The translations under genes and the position numbers were made by a program. From an uncultured bacterium (GTDB taxonomy: Bacteria > Gemmatimonadota > Gemmatimonadetes > Gemmatimonadales > Gemmatimonadaceae), in assembly GCA_963978095.1 (NCBI GenBank), contig CAXBQP010000001.1:1-64000 (forward strand): a DNA stretch of 64,000 nucleotides. Reading direction: 5' to 3'. The notes under the pieces are model-generated. The model worked only from the letters and a program-made list of their open reading frames with translations. It searched no databases and was not told the DNA's origin. Position 1 is the first letter of the stretch, and the number at the start of each line of letters is the position of its first letter. Below, piece after piece: positions 57,441-64,000 of this stretch.

Positions 57441-58478
57441 TCAGGACGCGATGCCACGCACCAGCGCATGCACCACATCGCGGATGGTCGTGGCGGCGTA
57501 TTCCACTTCGGCAGACGACGCATCCAAGTGCGTCACGCACCGTACCCGCTGGGGGAGCCAGGTCGAGACACGCACACCGCGCTCCCGTGCCCCAGCGGCC
57601 ACTTGCGCCGAGGTCACGCCGGCCGGCAAGTCGATCATCACGATGTTCGTGTCAGGGGCGACCACCGCCACGCCGGGAACCTCCGCAATGATCGCCGCGA
57701 GACGCCGGGCGTTCGCGTGGTCCTCGCTCAATCGACCGAGGTGGTTTCGCAGACCGTAGAGTGCCCCGGCCGCGATGATGCCGGACTGCCGCATCCCCCC
57801 GCCGAGGCGTTTGCGCGCGTCCCATGCCTCGTCGATGTACGCCGCAGACCCCGCCAGCGCCGCACCCACGGGCGCGCCGAGTCCCTTGGAGTACGCGACC
57901 ATGGTCAGATCGGCCGACGCGGTGAAGCGCGCCAGCGGTACATCCAGTGCCGCGGCCGCGTTCCAGAGTCGGGCACCGTCCAAGTGGACGTTGAGCTTCG
58001 CTCGCCGAGCCACGGCGGCGATCGCCGCGAGCTCGTCCGGCGGCGTGACCATCCCTCCTGCACCGTTGAACGTGTTCTCGACACACATCAGCGTGGCCCG
58101 CGGTGAGTCCGGACTCGGCGACCGGATCGCGGCGGTCACGAGCTCCGCCGTCACACGCGGGGCCCCTCGCATCATGCGCGGTTGGACACCCGCGAACTGC
58201 GCGGCACCGGCCATCTCGTAGTTCACGATATGCGAATCCTCGTGCACGAAGATCTCCGTCCCCGGGCGGGTGAGCACCATCACCGCCGCTTGGTTCGCCA
58301 TCGTCCCCGTGGGAAAGAAGAGGGCGCGTGCCGTGCCCAGCGCCTCGGCGGTGGCGTCTTCGAGCGCACGGACCGTCGGATCTCCGTCAAGGACGTCGTC
58401 CCCGACTTCGGCGTCAGCCATCGCGCGACGCATCGCCGGCCCGGGACGCGTGACCGTATCGCTGCGCAGATCAATCAT
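57441..58478 (-). CDS. ltaE: low-specificity L-threonine aldolase
   Basis: MIDLRSDTVT, GDDV..DPTV, GTMANQ, HLDGARL, SKGLGAPVG, GGGMRQ. Confidence 0.92.
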   Translation of the reverse strand: MIDLRSDTVTRPGPAMRRAMADAEVGDDVLDGDPTVRALEDATAEALGTARALFFPTGTMANQAAVMVLTRPGTEIFVHEDSHIVNYEMAGAAQFAGVQPRMMRGAPRVTAELVTAAIRSPSPDSPRATLMCVENTFNGAGGMVTPPDELAAIAAVARRAKLNVHLDGARLWNAAAALDVPLARFTASADLTMVAYSKGLGAPVGAALAGSAAYIDEAWDARKRLGGGMRQSGIIAAGALYGLRNHLGRLSEDHANARRLAAIIAEVPGVAVVAPDTNIVMIDLPAGVTSAQVAAGARERGVRVSTWLPQRVRCVTHLDASSAEVEYAATTIRDVVHALVRGIAS

Positions 58479-59428
58479 TGCGGAATCTTCCATGGCGCGG
58501 TTCGGGAGAGCTTCTCCGCCAGGCGGCGTTCGTGCACCTGCGAGATGAGCCCACCAAACGTGAAGACGAGGGCGGCATAGTACACCCAGAACACCACGAC
58601 CACGACGGCCGACAATGTCCCCGTGTAGAACGAGCCGGGATTGAACCGATGCACGAGCGTGGTGAAGGCCGCGCGCGCCAGTTCGAACAGTATGGCGCTG
58701 CTCGCGGCGGCGATCGCCGCCTGCTCCCGCCGGACCGGGCGCTTCGGCAACAACTTGAAAATCGCGAAGAATACGCCGCCCAGCACCACGAACGCGATCA
58801 CGCGTCCGACGATGTACATCACGGGGCGCATGATCGCGGGATCATGCACGCCGAAGTGCGAAAGCGCCTGCACCGAGCTGCTGCGGGCGATGGCCAGGAA
58901 CGCGCTGAGCGCCACCCACCCCACGATCAACACCGTCGCGGCGAGCGTGGCCTGGATGTCCACCAACTTCCCGATGATGAAGTTGCGGCGTTCGGGATCT
59001 TCGAAGACACGAGTCAGCACGATCCGCATGGACGCGAACAGCCGCGCCGAGAACCAGACGAACGCGATCGCGCCGACAAGGCCGGCGGAACCGCGCGTGC
59101 GCACGACTTCGTGCAACACCGGGTCGAGCAGCGTGCCTTTCCCACTGAAGGTGGCGGGCATGAGTTCCGCGAGGAACTCGGTGACCGCCGTGATGGATGC
59201 TTCCTCGGACTTGCGGAGCACATACCCCAGTCCGGAGGCGAGCAGCAGGAAGAACGGCACGCCGGCGAGCACGATGTCGAAGGCGATCCCCCCGGCGAGG
59301 AAGAACAGTGAGTCCTCTTCCGCCTTCTCGAGGATCCGCCGGAGGTAATCGGCGATGATCCCCGAGAACGACTCGTCGATGTCGTGACTCCCGCTCGATT
59401 TGGCGTGCGACCGACCCGACGTACTCAC
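58475..59428 (-). CDS. YihY/virulence factor BrkB family membrane protein
   Basis: AGGIAF..LA.VP, about six TM helices, FKLLP, YTGTL...WVYY. Confidence 0.88.
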   Translation of the reverse strand: MSTSGRSHAKSSGSHDIDESFSGIIADYLRRILEKAEEDSLFFLAGGIAFDIVLAGVPFFLLLASGLGYVLRKSEEASITAVTEFLAELMPATFSGKGTLLDPVLHEVVRTRGSAGLVGAIAFVWFSARLFASMRIVLTRVFEDPERRNFIIGKLVDIQATLAATVLIVGWVALSAFLAIARSSSVQALSHFGVHDPAIMRPVMYIVGRVIAFVVLGGVFFAIFKLLPKRPVRREQAAIAAASSAILFELARAAFTTLVHRFNPGSFYTGTLSAVVVVVFWVYYAALVFTFGGLISQVHERRLAEKLSRTAPWKIPQ

Positions 59429-59429
59429 G

Positions 59430-60329
59430 CTACTGCTCGACGACGATCAGGAACTTCGAGGCCGCCCAGAACTTGTCCGCGTTGACGATACGGAGTCCGC
59501 CCGTGATCCGGCCATCCGGGCCCGGGGGCGTGTCGAGCGCCTCGACAGCCTGGCGCGACACGATGCGATACGGCTTTGCCGTCGGGAACGGGATCTGCAC
59601 CAACGTCGTGCGGTCCGCCAGCGTGAACGCGGCCACATCGGGATCGCGCACCGGCACGATCGTCTTGCCGAAGCCAAGGACGCCGCCGCTGAGCTCCACC
59701 AGGTGACGCTTCACCAAGTCGTCGCGCGTCCCGATCACGTAGTAGACCTTGTTCCGCTCGGCGACGAGCGCGGCGACGTTCTCGGTGAGCTGGACGTTCT
59801 CCCCGGCGAGCTGCGACTTCTCCGCTTTGAGCGACGCATTCTCGGCCTGCAACGTGTTCACCTGCTCCGTCAACGCTTCGATCTGCGACCGCTGGTTGCC
59901 GATGATGCTCTGGAACCCGGCGATGGTCGAGTCGTAGGCCGTCACCTGCGCCACGAGCGCCGTGTTGCCGGCCGTGAGCTCCTTCACGCGGGCACGTGAT
60001 GCGGCGAGTTTGGATTCATTCTCCACGAGACGCCTGGACAGCTCGGTGATCTTCGCGCGGATCGCCTCGCGTTGCTGCTCGGGGGAGAGCGTGTTCTCGA
60101 CATCGCCGCGCTTGCCGGCGACCGGTACGGCACCGCCGGGCGCACGCACCTTGGCGAGATCGCTGTTCACATCCGCGATGAACTGCGACGTGGCCATCAC
60201 ATCGCGCAGGAGCGAGTCCTTTTCCGCCGAGATCTGCTGGACCTGCTTCAGGGTCCGCTCGAGCTGCGGCTTGGATCGGTCGCAGGCGGCCAGTGCCACC
60301 GCCACGACCAGCACGATGCGTCGGCGCAT
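59430..60329 (-). CDS. coiled-coil lipoprotein of unknown function
   Basis: Lipobox LAAC, long heptad region, C-terminal domain VYYVIGT...FWAASKFLIV. Confidence 0.8.
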   Translation of the reverse strand: MRRRIVLVVAVALAACDRSKPQLERTLKQVQQISAEKDSLLRDVMATSQFIADVNSDLAKVRAPGGAVPVAGKRGDVENTLSPEQQREAIRAKITELSRRLVENESKLAASRARVKELTAGNTALVAQVTAYDSTIAGFQSIIGNQRSQIEALTEQVNTLQAENASLKAEKSQLAGENVQLTENVAALVAERNKVYYVIGTRDDLVKRHLVELSGGVLGFGKTIVPVRDPDVAAFTLADRTTLVQIPFPTAKPYRIVSRQAVEALDTPPGPDGRITGGLRIVNADKFWAASKFLIVVEQ

Positions 60330-61751
60330 TTACTCTCCCGCGTCTGGGTCGTCCGGTGCCGCGGTGATGCCCGCCGCGTCTGCGGAGGGCGCCGGCCGAT
60401 GCAGGGGCGACACGTGGACGTACCGCTCGACGTGGGCGGTCGTTCCCCCGATCGCAAGCTGCGTGAAGAGGAACTCGAACTTCGCGTCATACGCGGCCGC
60501 CAGGCGGGCGGTAGTGTCCGCCGGCAGCGACCAGAGCTGACGCTTGAACGGTCCGAGCGCCTTCTTGCGCGTCTTGTAGAAGAACTGCTCGTCCGTGTCC
60601 TTGGGCTTGCGTTCGTCGGCGGCGTTGGTCGTCAGCCAGGCGTACATCTCGTCGCGCAGGGCGGCGGGGAGATGGTCGTACAGCATGTTCTGGAAGCCGG
60701 TGGCCAGATGGATCTCCGACGTCTCGGTGCGCGGAAAATGGTGGAACGCCGAGTCGGGGAGCGTGGAGGCGCCGTGCTGCACGGCGCCCGAGAGGCCGTA
60801 CTCCGTTCGCGCCGCCTCGCCGAGCGCGCGCAACGTTTCGAGGTCGATCTGCACATCGGCAATCGACCCGTCCGCGAGCACGATGCCGCCGTGCGACGTC
60901 CCACTTTGCACGCTGATCTTCGACAATCCGACCATGCCCGGCGCCTGCGCGGCGAGCGTGTTCCGATATCCATCCATGAAGGCGCGAAGTTCGGGGACGG
61001 TGGAGTTCTCCGTCCCGACCTCCCCGATCTCGCCGCCGAGCGAGATGGTGACGCCCGCGGGCTCGAGTGCGCGGACGTGGCGCGTGATGTCCACGCCGAC
61101 CTCGTAGTTCAGCCGCTGCTGGTCGGCGAGCGTTCCCTGCGACAGATCGACCAGCGTCGACGTGTCGATGTCGATGTTGTAGAACCCCGCGGCGATGGCT
61201 TCCAGCGCGAGTTGCTTGACGTTGCCGACCTCGCCCGCCGCGTCGACGGCGTACTTCTTGGCGTTGACCTGAAAGTGATCACCCTGGATGAACACAGGAC
61301 CACGGAACCCTTCACGCAAAGCCGCGGCGAGCATGACCGCCACATACTCGGCGGGTCGCTGCTCGGTATAGGCGATCTCCGAGCGCGCGATCTCGAGCAG
61401 GAAGGCCCCCGCGTTCATCTTGATCGCCGTGCGGAAAATCGCGCGGGCGGTGTCGTACGACGCACCGCGCACATTGATGGCGGGGACGGTGAACCCCGAG
61501 ATCTCCCCGCGCCCGCGCGCCATGTACAAATCATGGATCGATGCCGAGCGCACGCCGACCGCTTGGCCGATCTCCCAGATCGCCCACCGCGCCCAGTCCT
61601 TCTCCTCGGTGCTTGCACCGAACACGGCCAGCCGGACCAGTTCGTCCATGCGAGCCGACGCGAGTTGGGCTGGGTCCCCCAGGGTCACGGTACTCCCGTG
61701 GATTGACGCGGCAGGGCCGAGGATGCGGTTGAGCGTGTCGTGATGGGACAT
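60330..61751 (-). CDS. class II fructose-bisphosphate aldolase family protein (long form)
   Basis: FTVPAIN, QGDH, GGEIGEVG, GTSHGG, VQHGAS, EIHLAT; downstream of pgi. Confidence 0.87.
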   Translation of the reverse strand: MSHHDTLNRILGPAASIHGSTVTLGDPAQLASARMDELVRLAVFGASTEEKDWARWAIWEIGQAVGVRSASIHDLYMARGRGEISGFTVPAINVRGASYDTARAIFRTAIKMNAGAFLLEIARSEIAYTEQRPAEYVAVMLAAALREGFRGPVFIQGDHFQVNAKKYAVDAAGEVGNVKQLALEAIAAGFYNIDIDTSTLVDLSQGTLADQQRLNYEVGVDITRHVRALEPAGVTISLGGEIGEVGTENSTVPELRAFMDGYRNTLAAQAPGMVGLSKISVQSGTSHGGIVLADGSIADVQIDLETLRALGEAARTEYGLSGAVQHGASTLPDSAFHHFPRTETSEIHLATGFQNMLYDHLPAALRDEMYAWLTTNAADERKPKDTDEQFFYKTRKKALGPFKRQLWSLPADTTARLAAAYDAKFEFLFTQLAIGGTTAHVERYVHVSPLHRPAPSADAAGITAAPDDPDAGE

Positions 61752-61905
61752 CGAAGACGTTCGCGATAGGAGGAGGAAACACGCCCGCCGCGGTGGCGGC
61801 GAGAACAGGCGGCGGCGTGCGGAGACGGCGGAGGGAGCGCGGGCCCTCGAGCGTGAACTCGCGGGCGCGGACGTCAGGGTAATTTGCCGCCTTCTCGGGG
61901 CTGAA

Positions 61906-63240
61906 TCAACGGCTGCGTGGCGCGGACGCGGCGAGTGCCTGTCGCGCGAGCTGTTTTCCGAGCTCCACCCCGGGCTGGTTCGTCGGATCCACCCGATACA
62001 GCGCTCCGGCCAGCACGGTGGCCCGCATGAACAGCATCGCCAGCCCCCCCAGATGCCAAGGGTCGCACCGATCCACGCTGAGGGTCATGCTGGGGCGCCC
62101 CATCGCTGCCAAGGCGTCGGCCGTGGCGGCCTGCTCGGCGTCGAGCAGCGTCCCCATGGTCCGGCCCGCGAGGTAGTCTGTCCCCTCTGGTGCACCAGGG
62201 AGTCCGGGGATACTCAGGTCCACCGCGCGCGCGCGCTCGACCACGAAGGTCACGGTCTTGTCCTTCGGCCCCTCCATGAACAGCTGGACCTGACTGTGCT
62301 GGTCCGTGGCGCCGAGTGCCGCGAGCGGCGTCGGCCCGACGGGGACGCCATCCGCGTCCTGCTTGCCGAGGCTCTCCGCCCAGAGTTGCACGAACCAGGG
62401 GGCGAGTCCCCGCATCGCGTCAGAGTAGGGCATGAGGACGTGCGTCCCCTGCCCCGCGCCGGTGTGCGCTCGCCACTGGAGCATGGCGAACTGCCCCGCG
62501 GGATTGGCGTCCAGCACCTCCGTCTCGCACGCCTGCCCCATCGCCGCGGCTCCGGTACGGAGCGCGGTCACGTCGATGCCCACGAGCGCCGCCGGCAAGG
62601 TTGCCACCGGGGTGAACAGACTGAATCGCCCTCCGACGTTGGCAGGGACCGAGAACACCGGGAGCCCATCGCGCTCCGCCACGGGGCGAAGGACTCCAGC
62701 CGTGGGATCCGTCACCACGGCCACATGATGGGCCGCGAGGAGTCCCTGTTCGTCGATGCGATGGCGTACATACAGATACTGGGCCATCGTCTCCGCGGTG
62801 CCACCACTCTTTGAGATGACCAGAAAGAGCGTACGCGAGAGCTCGATCAGGTCGAACACGCCGGCAACACTGCGGGGGTCGACGTTGTCCACCACGTGCA
62901 GCCGCGGACGCCCACCCCGCTGCGCACCTTGCCGCGCATTCCAGCCGTATGGCAGCAATGCCGTTGCCAGCATGGTCGCGCCCAGTGCGGATCCGCCGAT
63001 GCCCAGGACGACGATATCGTCATAGCGCCCATGGGTGGTCGCGACCCAGGCACACATGCGCGCGTGCTCCGCGTCCTGCGATGCGAGATCGGCGAATCCG
63101 TAACTGCCGGCCGCGATTCGCGCGCGCACCACGTCGTGGGCCGAAGCGAATCGCCCCTGCAGCCCCTCCCAATCCTCGTCGGAAACACCGGAGGGGACGC
63201 GCGATGCGCGCATGCGGGAGGTCTCAAGATGAATCGTCAT
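61906..63240 (-). CDS. pgi: glucose-6-phosphate isomerase
   Basis: GIGGSALG, SKSGGTAET, VGGRFS, QLWAESLGK, DQHSQVQL, QPGVELGK. Confidence 0.95.
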   Translation of the reverse strand: MTIHLETSRMRASRVPSGVSDEDWEGLQGRFASAHDVVRARIAAGSYGFADLASQDAEHARMCAWVATTHGRYDDIVVLGIGGSALGATMLATALLPYGWNARQGAQRGGRPRLHVVDNVDPRSVAGVFDLIELSRTLFLVISKSGGTAETMAQYLYVRHRIDEQGLLAAHHVAVVTDPTAGVLRPVAERDGLPVFSVPANVGGRFSLFTPVATLPAALVGIDVTALRTGAAAMGQACETEVLDANPAGQFAMLQWRAHTGAGQGTHVLMPYSDAMRGLAPWFVQLWAESLGKQDADGVPVGPTPLAALGATDQHSQVQLFMEGPKDKTVTFVVERARAVDLSIPGLPGAPEGTDYLAGRTMGTLLDAEQAATADALAAMGRPSMTLSVDRCDPWHLGGLAMLFMRATVLAGALYRVDPTNQPGVELGKQLARQALAASAPRSR

Positions 63241-64000
63241 GCGTCGACCGTGACTCGCAGTCCGTCGAATGCCGGATGCATGCCGTCAGGGAGCTCGGCC
63301 TCGAGCGCCGCGTGGGAATTCTGATGTGTGAGATGCGTGAAGTAGGTACGGCCAGCGCCCACACGGCGCGCGGTCTCGACCGCCTCGCCGAGGCTGAGGT
63401 GCGTGGGATGCTCGGTGCGGAACAGGGCGTTCAGCACCAAGACCTCGACCCCGCGCAGGGTGGCGATGGCCGCGTCCGGCAGCGACTTCGCGTCAGTGAC
63501 ATAGCCGATGCGGCCCACCCGATACCCGAACACCCGCGCGCGACCGTGCGGCACCTCGAGCGCCACGACCTCGAGCCCGGCCACCTCGAACGGCTCACCC
63601 GGGACCACGCTGGTGAGCGACCCCTCGGGCTTGGACGTCCCCGGAATCACCCGCATGTCCTGGTCGAAGATGTAGCCGAAGCGGTCGCGCAACAGGGCGA
63701 GGGTCTCCGGCGGTCCGTACATGGGCAACGCGCTCCCCCGACGCACGGAGATCGCACGGATGTCATCAATCCCATGGGTGTGGTCGGCGTGATCGTGCGT
63801 GAACAGCACGGCATCGACCTCGGCGATCCCGGTGGCGATCAGCTGCAGACGGAGTTCCGGCGGCGCGTCGATGAGCAGGCGGGTGCCCGCATGTTCGATG
63901 ACCGCACCGACCCTGGTCCGCTTGTCCCGGGGATCATCCGAGCGGCAGACCGCGCAGGCGCACCCGATCTGCGGAACGCCGAAACTCGTGCCGGTCCCGA
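63237..64000 (-). CDS. PhnP-like MBL-fold metallo-hydrolase (5' end outside window)
   Basis: Own translation from the edge: GTGTSFGVPQIGCACAVCRS..RDKRTR; THDHADH; YVTD; HPTH; THLTH. Confidence 0.9.
   Translation of the reverse strand, partial: GTGTSFGVPQIGCACAVCRSDDPRDKRTRVGAVIEHAGTRLLIDAPPELRLQLIATGIAEVDAVLFTHDHADHTHGIDDIRAISVRRGSALPMYGPPETLALLRDRFGYIFDQDMRVIPGTSKPEGSLTSVVPGEPFEVAGLEVVALEVPHGRARVFGYRVGRIGYVTDAKSLPDAAIATLRGVEVLVLNALFRTEHPTHLSLGEAVETARRVGAGRTYFTHLTHQNSHAALEAELPDGMHPAFDGLRVTVDA

Overview
GC-rich bacterial chromosomal window with about 58 densely packed genes. Gene content and order suggest Gemmatimonadota/FCB group (inference, no search run). Bases 1-65 are an untrimmed Illumina TruSeq adapter. 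The rest is mostly core or housekeeping: rimO, yajQ, sigma70, lepB, ALDH, a sigma54-dependent response regulator, larE, peptidases, comM, actP, a TonB receptor, an NtrY-like kinase, a TolC/MacAB-type exporter, bshB1-iscS-mnmA, grpE-dnaJ, ffs-dnaX-recR-mglBA-pgsA-cinA and pgi-fba. I saw no tRNA, rRNA, CRISPR array or mobile element. Most interesting items: (1) a translationally coupled pair of divergent deoxynucleoside-kinase-fold genes with complementary motif losses; (2) a SET methyltransferase with a histone-like (T/S)RK(T/S) repeat tail; (3) one ABC exporter with four permeases in A-B-A'-B' order; (4) a soluble pseudokinase-kinase tandem protein; (5) regulatory signals readable in the DNA: tandem ARG boxes, a sigma54 promoter before grpE-dnaJ, two ECF-type promoters and a recurring leaderless TANNNT-N6-ATG pattern. 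All functional calls come from motif recognition by eye, and several starts were adjusted by eye from the ORF track.
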